A stretch of DNA of 25,313 bases from a virus (lineage: Duplodnaviria > Caudoviricetes): IMG/VR virus record IMGVR_UViG_3300025751_000132, positions 1 through 25,313 of that record; one strand, 5' to 3'. Every line of letters begins with the position of its first letter. Within the stretch, counting starts at the first letter, position 1. The notes below the pieces were generated by a model. The model was not told the origin of the DNA, searched no databases, and was given only the letters and a program-made list of their open reading frames with translations. The position numbers and the translations under genes are program-made. Positions 16,610 through 25,060 of the stretch are shown here, one piece after another.

Positions 16610-17070
16610 CAGTCAAGAGTCTTGATTACAGGGTTACCCTCCAATTCAAAGGAGGCAGAGAAACTCACAAAGTCGTCCATACCAGCAGAGAGTTCAAAGC
16701 TAGTGCAGAAGCCTACACCGCCAACCGCGTTGTCTTCGGCTTGGTTGTTGTACCAAAACACGCCAACACGAGTCTTGGCTTTGCACAGGGTGAACAACTC
16801 GTCAGCGTTGTCGGCAAGGGCAGGATCGTAGACTCCTTCCACGGACAGGGAGCAACTCGTCGTGCCAACGGCAAAATCGCGCGTTGTCGTCTCCGCAGTT
16901 TCATCGGTGATACTAGTAGCCTCGAACGTGGCGTTAGAGACGCTGATGCTTGCAGAGGTGACACCGACAAGAGAGGCGTAGCCTGTCAAAGCGTCGGGGA
17001 TTGCGTCCGCATTATTTGTTGGTTCAGCCTTGTACTGAAGCGTACAGGCATTTCCTTTGATTGCTCCCAT
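16609..17070 (-). CDS. Major tail (tube) protein, paralogue 1
   Basis: MGAIKG..., TSASISVSNATFE...GVGFCTSFELSAGMDDFVSFSASFELEG. Confidence 0.88.
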   Translation of the reverse strand: MGAIKGNACTLQYKAEPTNNADAIPDALTGYASLVGVTSASISVSNATFEATSITDETAETTTRDFAVGTTSCSLSVEGVYDPALADNADELFTLCKAKTRVGVFWYNNQAEDNAVGGVGFCTSFELSAGMDDFVSFSASFELEGNPVIKTLD

Positions 17071-17131
17071 TTCTATGTGATATGATGCAAGATTAGATTT
17101 TCAAGATGAGTTGTGGTCAAACTTCGTTCGA

Positions 17132-17527
17132 TTAAGGGTAGACGAACACGTTTAACGTCAAAGCCAAGATATAGAAGTCGTGCAGCTCGTGGGCATCCGT
17201 CAGCACGTCGGTAAGGCTAATATGGCCTATGCGGTACGCCACCCCGTCCACGGTCTTTGTGCCGCTGAACTCCGACAAAGCCTGTTTGACCGCATCGTGG
17301 ATAGCCCAAGCATCACTCATACTTGTGTCGGTGACGTAGACTACTATGTTGTAGACCTCCTGGGCAATACCCTGATTGCTACGCTCGAAGCCCGTGCCCT
17401 CAAGGTCGATTGCGATATAGGGACGCTCCATCCCCTGTCGTGCCATCACAAGACTGATTTGGCTTGCAGGGACAAGGTTAATCACCGCTTGGGTATCTAC
17501 GAGGATCTTGCGAATGACGTGGATCAT
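17132..17527 (-). CDS. Tail terminator / completion protein
   Basis: Position between the gp10-like and tube genes, size, and PYI motif. Confidence 0.7.
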   Translation of the reverse strand: MIHVIRKILVDTQAVINLVPASQISLVMARQGMERPYIAIDLEGTGFERSNQGIAQEVYNIVVYVTDTSMSDAWAIHDAVKQALSEFSGTKTVDGVAYRIGHISLTDVLTDAHELHDFYILALTLNVFVYP

Positions 17528-18135
17528 TGACCGAGGGCTTTTGCCGCATTCTTGTTCATCGTACGCAAACCTGAATGGCGACGGGTGGGACTTCCTGCAA
17601 CCAAGGTACGAAGTCTACGGACAAGTTTCTCCCTGATACGCGGCACGTATTCGTGCTTCGTTTGTTGGTATGCGGGTTCGACGAATGGCTGGGCCTTACT
17701 GCCGTGGTTGATCGTCTTGCGACGCAAAACGCGACCCGCTCGGAAGCTATAGAACGTAAAGGGGTTCTTGCCCGCCTTCACGGTCTTCTTCTTCTTCTTT
17801 GTGCCTAGTTCTACAAGGTGCGCGTGGAACACACGACGCTTGCTCTTGCCCCTAATTACAGGGCCTGTACGACTACCGACCCGAGACCCGTAGCCCGTAG
17901 CCTTGGCCGTGACCGTGCCGATGCTCTTCTTCAAGCTACCCGTCTTGCCTTTTGGGGCAAGCGTCTTCATACGCTTCTTTGTGGGTATCAAAGCGTACGT
18001 CGTCAACTTCTCCATCTCTCGTCTCCGCTCCTTCACGGTCATACCCGTAAGAACCTGAAGCCGCTTCTCGAAGTACGCGATGTCCGTCGCGTTGAAGACT
18101 ACGTTAGGAGCATATTTGCTACTGCGTAGTGCCAT
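17524..18135 (-). CDS. HK97 gp10-family neck/tail-completion protein
   Basis: APKGKTGSLKKSI, HAHLVELGT, AQPFVEPA motifs. Very basic. Confidence 0.85.
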   Translation of the reverse strand: MALRSSKYAPNVVFNATDIAYFEKRLQVLTGMTVKERRREMEKLTTYALIPTKKRMKTLAPKGKTGSLKKSIGTVTAKATGYGSRVGSRTGPVIRGKSKRRVFHAHLVELGTKKKKKTVKAGKNPFTFYSFRAGRVLRRKTINHGSKAQPFVEPAYQQTKHEYVPRIREKLVRRLRTLVAGSPTRRHSGLRTMNKNAAKALGQ

Positions 18136-18500
18136 TAGCGAGGGCGTACATTAATGGTCGGTGTCCAGTTATCTCGACGCAAGCCAAGAATACGCGTGTA
18201 CTCCGCCTTGCCAAATTCGTCAACACGGGTGATCTCATAGTACCGATTGTTGTACTTGACAATCCACTTCTCCGTGATTTCCGATCGGAACTTCTTAATG
18301 TAGAATTCCGTCCTAGCCTCCACCACAAGTTGCTTTCCGTGAGCCTCCTCCCCAATAGTAGACCACTCGATGTCACGACGACGGGCCATAGCCGTAATCT
18401 GCAAGGTGTAACCCGTAGTTTGGGTTTCGCCAAAGTCGTTGACCTCCTCGTCGGGAGAGTACAACTCGATCTCCTTATTGAGTGATCCGAGGTTGAACAT
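18135..18500 (-). CDS. Head closure protein (SPP1 gp16-like head-tail adaptor)
   Basis: GSLNKEIEL...NDFGE; F.I...I...W.VKYNNRYYEI pattern; synteny. Confidence 0.85.
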   Translation of the reverse strand: MFNLGSLNKEIELYSPDEEVNDFGETQTTGYTLQITAMARRRDIEWSTIGEEAHGKQLVVEARTEFYIKKFRSEITEKWIVKYNNRYYEITRVDEFGKAEYTRILGLRRDNWTPTINVRPR

Positions 18501-19105
18501 CAGGTAAAGGCTTTCGTGCGGTAGCGTTCGAGCAGGTGCTTGCTCGTCAAAGGCACTTCGTAGACGCGCTCACGACCTACGTCTTGGCGGTTTTCGTAGA
18601 AGTGCCCAGCGATCATAAGGAACGCTTGATACACGTATTTAGGGACGCTTTTAGTCTGCGTGGTAAACTCCAACTTGTATTTGTTGAGTTCGTTAGCAGA
18701 TGAGCCGAATCCGCTCTTCATATGGACGCGAAGGGGCGAGTTGATATAGTCGATAGAATAGTCGTCCGAATCAACCGCGCTATACGTCCCGTTAGATTGC
18801 AGCTCGTACAAGACAGGCGCGTTACCACCTGTGGTTTTTAGAATCTCAAAGTTCTTGTTCACAAAGACGACGGGGTAAGCATAGTCCCAATATGCCGTCC
18901 AATCGCAGTCTCCGAACACAACGTCACAATACTCCTCGATATAAGATTGAGTCGTCTCTAGAAGCGTGTTCAGGTACGTGTCCTCCGAAGAGTAGTCGAT
19001 ACGCAAATGAGTCTTGAGCGCGGCAAGGTCAGGGAGCGATCCTGCGATCAAACTCCCCGACTGCGCGTACGTCTTGTCAAACCTTATGTGAGGATGCGGT
19101 TGCAT
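18500..19105 (-). CDS. Head-tail connector (HK97 gp6 / phiE125 gp8-like)
   Basis: LKTHLRID...ED.YL..L.....YIEEYC and VP....QAFLMIAGHFYENR motifs. Confidence 0.88.
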   Translation of the reverse strand: MQPHPHIRFDKTYAQSGSLIAGSLPDLAALKTHLRIDYSSEDTYLNTLLETTQSYIEEYCDVVFGDCDWTAYWDYAYPVVFVNKNFEILKTTGGNAPVLYELQSNGTYSAVDSDDYSIDYINSPLRVHMKSGFGSSANELNKYKLEFTTQTKSVPKYVYQAFLMIAGHFYENRQDVGRERVYEVPLTSKHLLERYRTKAFT

Positions 19106-19107
19106 TC

Positions 19108-19479
19108 TTACGTCTTAATACGGATATAGCCTGAAGCCTGATAACATTGGCCTACCGCTAGTCCTGTGTTAGAAGTTGGAAGGTCTGAAACACTAACCAA
19201 CTTTGGCAGAGACAATGGGCTATCTGCACCCAAGATTCCATTGATAGCCGTCACCGCAGCCGCGGCAGTATCGTAGAACGTCCCGTCGATGTTCACCGCA
19301 GTATAGTGCGAGAGAATCAACTCCAACGGATCGTCAGCACTCAACGCGTCGGCATCAATGCAGATTTCAACGTCCTCTTCTTGTACACCTGCCACCCGCG
19401 CAAACATAAAGTCCGCCCCAGGAGTGCAGAACAACTTTCCTTCGAGGTAGATGTAACCTCGGATATTTCTAAATGTCAT
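19108..19479 (-). CDS. Hypothetical virion protein (123 aa), possible head decoration/fibre
   Basis: Lies between capsid and connector. C-terminal LPTS..GL..GQ.Y...G.I.I resembles a fibre/decoration-type motif. Confidence 0.55.
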   Translation of the reverse strand: MTFRNIRGYIYLEGKLFCTPGADFMFARVAGVQEEDVEICIDADALSADDPLELILSHYTAVNIDGTFYDTAAAAVTAINGILGADSPLSLPKLVSVSDLPTSNTGLAVGQCYQASGYIRIKT

Positions 19480-19493
19480 ATCTCGAAAGGATT

Positions 19494-19550
19494 AAAAACC
19501 CCCAACCCCATTGGCCGTGCTTTTACGTGCGTGGCATAGGGTCGGGGGTC
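19494..19550 (-). terminator. Long hairpin plus U-tract after the capsid gene
   Basis: Minus-strand RNA GACCCCCGACCCUAU...AUGGGGUUGGGGGUU-UUU: 15-bp stem with 3 G-U pairs. Confidence 0.75.
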
Positions 19551-19560
19551 GAATCAACTA

Positions 19561-20859
19561 TTAGGCTACCTCGCAGTACACCGCAGAGGCCGCGTGAGCC
19601 ACGTTGCAGTTAGCGTAGTAGTTCATAATCATACGCGTCTGACCGCTATCGGCAAGCGTCACGTTGTCCACGATCAAGTCCGCACCGCCCCAGTAGCAGC
19701 AGTAAACGTCGTTCATATTGATCAGGAAGAACGGCAACAAGGATGACTCGTTGGTGATGGCAGTAGAGCTGTCACCGCCCACAAATACATCATCCGTCGT
19801 ACGAGCCGTGTCAGCAATCAAAGCGGCAGTGATTTGGCTATGGCCGTAAGCCTTGTAGCCCGCAATCGTGCCGTCGGCTTGCAACGTAGGAATACCTCCG
19901 TTGGTGACCGCTTGTTGGCTACGTGCCGTAGCAAGTTGTCCGTGAGAACTGAAGAAGGTAGCAGAAGCGTTCAACGCGTCAGCATCACCCAAAGCGGCAA
20001 TCAAGTCGTTCGCAGAAGCGAAGTCGATTGACGGAACTGCGGCAACAGCAGTCGTGCTACGCAACGTCGTGCCACCAGCGGCAGTAACGAAGTTAGCCCA
20101 AGCCTGTGCGTCCATCAAACCACCCGAGTGGCGACGGAATTGAGCTGCAACTGCGGCATCGAAAGAAGCGTTCGACAATGCCAACGTCTGATTTGACACG
20201 TTGATCACCGATGCGAAACGCACGGGGTCGATGTCAACGGACTCGATAGCACTACCCTGTCCCTTTTGCTGAACCTCGGTCACTTTAGCCGTGGCATCGG
20301 TTGGCAAAGATGGGAGACGCACCGTGCCCGAGACACCCGTAAGGCGGTTACCGCCCGCTTGCTCGACTACGGAGTCAGGGACGAGACCCTGCAAGATGCC
20401 TTGTTGTTGCGTACCCACAACATTTGAAGCCGTCGTAGGCCCAGCGGCACGATAGGTCAATCCGATTGGGATTTGGATCTGACCCATTGGCGTGATGCCT
20501 GAAGCGCGGAACTCGTTGAGAGCCTCTTGCTTCATCTCGGCTTCCAAGCCCTCCAATCGTCCGTTCTGACGGAACTGATTGATGGCAGACTGCAAGTCGT
20601 AGTTTTCAGCCGCCTTGGTCATCTCGCGCTCCTCGGACTTGGACGCTTCCCCTGCCATAGAACGGGCCATAATAGCCTCGGTCTTTTCAGCGTTAGCGAT
20701 CTTCTCGTCCAAAGAGAAGATGGATTCATTGAGGTCGGCCTGCCGAGCCTCTTCTTGTTCCGTGAACTCCCGCTCTTCTGTTTTGGCGGTGTCCACGAGT
20801 GCCTCCAGGTCAGAGATCAGAGAGGCACGTTCTTCCTTCAACTTCAAAGAAGTTTTCAT
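19561..20859 (-). CDS. Major capsid protein (HK97 fold, N-terminal delta/scaffold domain)
   Basis: 432 aa with a charged coiled-coil N-terminus. Follows the prohead protease and has a C-terminal WGGADLIVD motif. Confidence 0.92.
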   Translation of the reverse strand: MKTSLKLKEERASLISDLEALVDTAKTEEREFTEQEEARQADLNESIFSLDEKIANAEKTEAIMARSMAGEASKSEEREMTKAAENYDLQSAINQFRQNGRLEGLEAEMKQEALNEFRASGITPMGQIQIPIGLTYRAAGPTTASNVVGTQQQGILQGLVPDSVVEQAGGNRLTGVSGTVRLPSLPTDATAKVTEVQQKGQGSAIESVDIDPVRFASVINVSNQTLALSNASFDAAVAAQFRRHSGGLMDAQAWANFVTAAGGTTLRSTTAVAAVPSIDFASANDLIAALGDADALNASATFFSSHGQLATARSQQAVTNGGIPTLQADGTIAGYKAYGHSQITAALIADTARTTDDVFVGGDSSTAITNESSLLPFFLINMNDVYCCYWGGADLIVDNVTLADSGQTRMIMNYYANCNVAHAASAVYCEVA

Positions 20860-21881
20860 TTTGAAAGGGTTTTGTGATGGTGAATAGAAAGGAGTGCCTC
20901 CGCTACCTTCCGCTTGGGGGCAGACGTAGGCTGGATTTCATCTTGTACGGGTGTCTCTTCGACAACCTCGGGTTCGGCCTCCAAAGCCGCGATAGCATCG
21001 CGCATCTTAACGGAGGTCTGCGGGTAGGCGGGTGATACCACAGGCGAAACATCTGCGATGCGAGCAAGGCTCTTAATCGTCCGACGATATGTCCCGTCGT
21101 CTTTTTTCTCGTAGTCGTCTTCGCGGACGACAAAGCCGAAGCTACTGCCACGGACATCACCGCGCTTAATGCTCTCGGCAAGATCCTTGGCGTAAGATTG
21201 ATCGCCCAAGTTGAACTTGTAGTACAACCCGTGCTCATCAACCTTCAACTCTAACGTGCCCTGACCATTGTATGAACGTGCTAGTGGCATATTCATATCG
21301 TGGTTGAACAAGGCCACAACGTCGTCCATCAGACGATCGTCAAATGCTCCTGGAGATACAACCTCTTCAACCGCCCCAATCATTGTGGGTTGATTGAAGA
21401 CTGCGGCATAGCCTTCGACCGTGCGTCCTTCATCTGCCAAGCGCACCTCGGTGTGCTCATCAGAGGCAACGTAACTGCGTCGCTCTACCTCCGTAGTTCT
21501 TTGTTCTTGTTCCATATGCTTGTCTTTTTGTCTAGGCGAACGCTCCTCTTTGTCCTCAACGTTGTTGCGTTCCGCTTCTGCGATAACGCGCTTGCACCAA
21601 GGCAACATAGAAGAGCCTCCCCACGCGGCATACATTATGCTTCCGCAGATAGGCTTGCCGTCAGCGTCAGTAAACTTGCCTTGATTGTAGACCTTGGCAC
21701 GGCTCAAAAAGCTAAACGTGCGCTTCACGGTTGCTAAAGAAAGAGACTCGCCACTTGCGATTTGATTGGCGCGTTGCCAACCGACAGGAGTGCCGCACGA
21801 AGTCCCCTGCGTCTCCTTGAACTTCAAGGCGCGACGAGCCGCACTACGGGCAGCTTTGGGGTAGTTATTGTACGTCGGCAT
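20856..21881 (-). CDS. HK97-type prohead protease with an extra N-terminal domain
   Basis: VEGYAAVFN, ALFNHD, GSSFGF, VSPV..PAY motifs. Start moved to ATG 21881. Confidence 0.92.
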   Translation of the reverse strand: MPTYNNYPKAARSAARRALKFKETQGTSCGTPVGWQRANQIASGESLSLATVKRTFSFLSRAKVYNQGKFTDADGKPICGSIMYAAWGGSSMLPWCKRVIAEAERNNVEDKEERSPRQKDKHMEQEQRTTEVERRSYVASDEHTEVRLADEGRTVEGYAAVFNQPTMIGAVEEVVSPGAFDDRLMDDVVALFNHDMNMPLARSYNGQGTLELKVDEHGLYYKFNLGDQSYAKDLAESIKRGDVRGSSFGFVVREDDYEKKDDGTYRRTIKSLARIADVSPVVSPAYPQTSVKMRDAIAALEAEPEVVEETPVQDEIQPTSAPKRKVAEALLSIHHHKTLSK

Positions 21882-23100
21882 CGGTGTTTTGTCCCGTGAT
21901 GTAACTAGCGTAGTCCGACATACTCTCAAGCGGGATCTGATTCACTTGGACGAGATTCAGGTCACCCCCTGGGATACTATTTCGGTCTTCCAACCCTCGA
22001 ACTTCGTTAATGGAGAGCACTCCATCATTCAACAAAGTGTGATAATAGTTGGCCCGCGCTTGCATATCTCCACGCATCAAGCTAATCATACTGAACTTGA
22101 AGGCGTAGTTAGAACGCTCGACGGGCAGGAGCAACTTGCGACGGAGTTCCTGTTCGATGTTTACGACCCAAGGATGGATAGTGTGCTTGGCAAAGAACAA
22201 GTCTTGTTGCTCGACGTTGCTATACTTCACGTCACCGCTCATCTGAATAAGCGAAGGCGGGACGTTGAAGATGCGGCAGATCTCCTCCACTTGGAAGCGA
22301 CGGGTGTCGAGGGCTTGCGCGGTTTCGGGTGGGATGCCCACGCGCTCGTACTTCAACCCAGCCTCAAGGATGGCCGTAGCGTGGCTTGCGTTCATCCCGT
22401 GGTATTTCATATCCCACGTTTGGCTCAAGCGTCGGTACTGATCCTCACTCAAAGTCTTGTCGGTCATAAGTACACCGCTCATATTGCCTCCGCTACCAAA
22501 GAACGAAGCACCATATTGTTGAGCTGCATACGTCAGACCGATATTCTCCATATGCTCGCGGATCGGGCTGACCCCACGGAAGCACTCGATAGCAAGGACA
22601 TCCTCGTTGAAGAGGGCCTCCTCACTTTCGCGGTAGAGGTAGATGCGTCGCCCGTTCAAGTCCTTGGCCTTGATCTGATCGGGAGGCACAAGGTTGAGTG
22701 ACTTCGGACGACCATTTTGGTCGCGCTCGATAAGGGCATAGCCCCCACCGTGCATCAAAGCATCACTTACGAGGTAAACCCAAAAGTGATACGCACCCAT
22801 ATATTCATTTGGCTCTTGTGTAGCCAAGCGATAGGCGACGTGTTTGCGGTCTTTTTTCTTGACACCCTCTTGCATCTCGTACAAGTCGAGATCCAAACTA
22901 GCGATAGTGCTTGCAATCTTGTTGACACAGGCGTACACGGCACTAACGGCCATAGCACCCTCCTCGCTCAACATCACTCCGCTTCGTGTAGGCTGCCAAG
23001 GGTAATACAGGGCGGGGTCGTACGTCCGCTCTTCCACCTGGGCGGTAGGAGCGATCGCTTCTCGAACACGAGTGAAGAACCCCTTGCGGTTTTCAGCCAT
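21865..23100 (-). CDS. Portal protein (HK97 family)
   Basis: SAVYACV..IA..IASL, PN.YM, GVSPI, ILEAGL.Y, EICRIFNVPP, SNVEQQ, NEVR.LE motifs. Confidence 0.97.
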   Translation of the reverse strand: MAENRKGFFTRVREAIAPTAQVEERTYDPALYYPWQPTRSGVMLSEEGAMAVSAVYACVNKIASTIASLDLDLYEMQEGVKKKDRKHVAYRLATQEPNEYMGAYHFWVYLVSDALMHGGGYALIERDQNGRPKSLNLVPPDQIKAKDLNGRRIYLYRESEEALFNEDVLAIECFRGVSPIREHMENIGLTYAAQQYGASFFGSGGNMSGVLMTDKTLSEDQYRRLSQTWDMKYHGMNASHATAILEAGLKYERVGIPPETAQALDTRRFQVEEICRIFNVPPSLIQMSGDVKYSNVEQQDLFFAKHTIHPWVVNIEQELRRKLLLPVERSNYAFKFSMISLMRGDMQARANYYHTLLNDGVLSINEVRGLEDRNSIPGGDLNLVQVNQIPLESMSDYASYITGQNTDADVQ

Positions 23101-23135
23101 TATGCAATTATATGGCTTTCTAAATCTTTACGCAT

Positions 23136-23357
23136 CTACGATGTTCGATTTCTTTTTAAGATGCGACGAAGAATAGTATGGAAACTCTGATAACAACTAT
23201 AGCGATTGCGGCCAAAGAGGTCGTAGTAGTCGTTCTCAACCGAGTAGTATGCGTCGACATTACGTGGGTAGTCGTAGAGTCGCTTTTGGTATTCTTCAAC
23301 AAAGCCTTCGGGTGTGTTTAGTTTGCGAGCAAGTTGAAGACGCTCTTCGCAGGTCAT
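23136..23357 (-). CDS. Small Tyr-rich hypothetical protein between TerL and portal (73 aa)
   Basis: ATGA coupling with the TerL stop. Motif AY..VE.DY..LFG..RYS.Y.SF. Confidence 0.75.
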   Translation of the reverse strand: MTCEERLQLARKLNTPEGFVEEYQKRLYDYPRNVDAYYSVENDYYDLFGRNRYSCYQSFHTILRRILKRNRTS

Positions 23358-25060
23358 AGGAATCTGATTGTGTAGTCTTCAGGGAAGGCATCGTCCTGCG
23401 TTTCAGTCATAGCCTCTCCAACTGCACAAATCAGCGCGGTGATCCCATCAATCTTATCCTGCGACCGACTCTTGTCAGGTTTGCAGTTCATCGCGGGGTC
23501 GTACGTCACTTCGAGGTTTCCTGCCATCCAGCGGAGTACAGGATCTCCCTCGTGGTTCAACTTACGCTCCAAAATCAGGCGGTAGACCTCCTTCATAGGT
23601 GCGCTCATACTGACGTAACCCTGACCCATCGGTGACATCTCAACCCCGTCGTGGGTAAGATTGATTATGAGTTGGGAACTATTGTATCTGTCGAACGCTA
23701 TGCTACGAAGATTATACCGCTTCATCAAGCAATTTTCGTCAAATTTTACTACACCATTTTCCACATAATATCCTGATATACACTTCCGTATGTAGTCGTA
23801 GTCAGTTACGTTTCCAGGAGTGACCGTGACCTCATCTGCGTGGCGCAACTCCATATAGATCGTGTTCTCATCTTTGTAGAGCCGCTTCTCGATAGCCTCC
23901 TCGGGTAGCCAATAGAATCGCTTGGTGTCGTAACCGCCATCGTCGGTAGGCGCAACAAGGACAAGACTGCAAAAGTCACTTACGCTTGCAAGGTCAAGTC
24001 CACCATAGCAGGGCCGCTCGCCATCCCACTCCACCACACCAAGGTCGTTCTCTCGCCATATCTCGTCGCTCACCCACGTCTCACTAGACTTGACCCATAG
24101 GTTGCAATGCTTCGTCTTGAAGTTTACCTCCTCTGCCCCGCCATAGTTCTTCGCCTGGACGCATTGCTGACGGAGGTACTCATAACTGATGCTATGACCA
24201 AGGCTAGGGTTCGCTTTGATCCACGTCTCCTCGTCGCGCCAATCGTCGTCCTCGTCAAGTTCGTAGATCATACTGAACAAAGAGTCGTCACGTTTCTTGC
24301 CGTCAAGGACTTCCTTGCACGTCTTCGCCAACTGATAGCACGGTCCTGACACGTTGAACCCTGCCGTAGTGATCGTAAACATCAAGGGTTGCTTGCGGCT
24401 ACCCATAGACGACTTCAAAACGTTGTAGACTGCCGAGGTGGGGTGGGCGTGGTATTCGTCAACTACGGCAAGGTGGGCGTTCAACCCATCGAGGCTATTC
24501 TTGTCACTCGACAGGGGTTCTGCCTTGCTATTTGTTTTGTTGACGTGCATATTGGCTCGGTGAACCCCGATGCGCTTCGAGAGGCTCGGGCTAGACCTAA
24601 CCATACGTGTTGCTTCGTCAAAGCAGATCCTAGCCTGATCGCGCTTGGTGGCGCAGAAGTACACCTCGCTACCTTCCTCGCCATCGAAGTCCAACATCGC
24701 AAGGCTTACGCCACTCAACATCGTGGACTTGCCGTTCTTACGGCCCACCTGAATGTACGCGGTGCGGTATCTGCGGTAGTGCGTTTCCTTACTCCTCCAG
24801 CCGTAGATGTTGGCGATCACAAATTGTTGCCACGGGAGCAGCTCGAAGGACTGACCCGCGTATGTCCCCTTGCTATGTTTAAGGAAACGAGAGAAGAAGG
24901 TGATGTACTTCTCTGCCTCGTCGGGGTCGAAGTAGAAGTCTAGTTGTTCGTCAGAGAGGTCGGAGTGGAAACGCTCAACGGCTTTGTGAACGTACTTCGA
25001 CGTTACCACTTCCCCGTTCAACACGTCCTCCGCATATTGGACATAGGATAGTTCGCTCAT
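23354..25060 (-). CDS. terL: Terminase large subunit (Terminase_1, HK97-like cos type)
   Basis: LLPWQ, Walker A GRKNGKS, Walker B VVDEYH, ITTAG, KANP, nuclease GGLDLAS and KIDG. Start moved to ATG 25060. Confidence 0.97.
   Translation of the reverse strand: MSELSYVQYAEDVLNGEVVTSKYVHKAVERFHSDLSDEQLDFYFDPDEAEKYITFFSRFLKHSKGTYAGQSFELLPWQQFVIANIYGWRSKETHYRRYRTAYIQVGRKNGKSTMLSGVSLAMLDFDGEEGSEVYFCATKRDQARICFDEATRMVRSSPSLSKRIGVHRANMHVNKTNSKAEPLSSDKNSLDGLNAHLAVVDEYHAHPTSAVYNVLKSSMGSRKQPLMFTITTAGFNVSGPCYQLAKTCKEVLDGKKRDDSLFSMIYELDEDDDWRDEETWIKANPSLGHSISYEYLRQQCVQAKNYGGAEEVNFKTKHCNLWVKSSETWVSDEIWRENDLGVVEWDGERPCYGGLDLASVSDFCSLVLVAPTDDGGYDTKRFYWLPEEAIEKRLYKDENTIYMELRHADEVTVTPGNVTDYDYIRKCISGYYVENGVVKFDENCLMKRYNLRSIAFDRYNSSQLIINLTHDGVEMSPMGQGYVSMSAPMKEVYRLILERKLNHEGDPVLRWMAGNLEVTYDPAMNCKPDKSRSQDKIDGITALICAVGEAMTETQDDAFPEDYTIRFL

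Noticed and set aside
21868-22701. 277-aa + strand ORF antisense to the portal, plus many other antisense ORFs over the tape measure, terminase and capsid
   Set aside because: They are shadows of well-supported - strand genes, with no recognisable motifs or initiation context.
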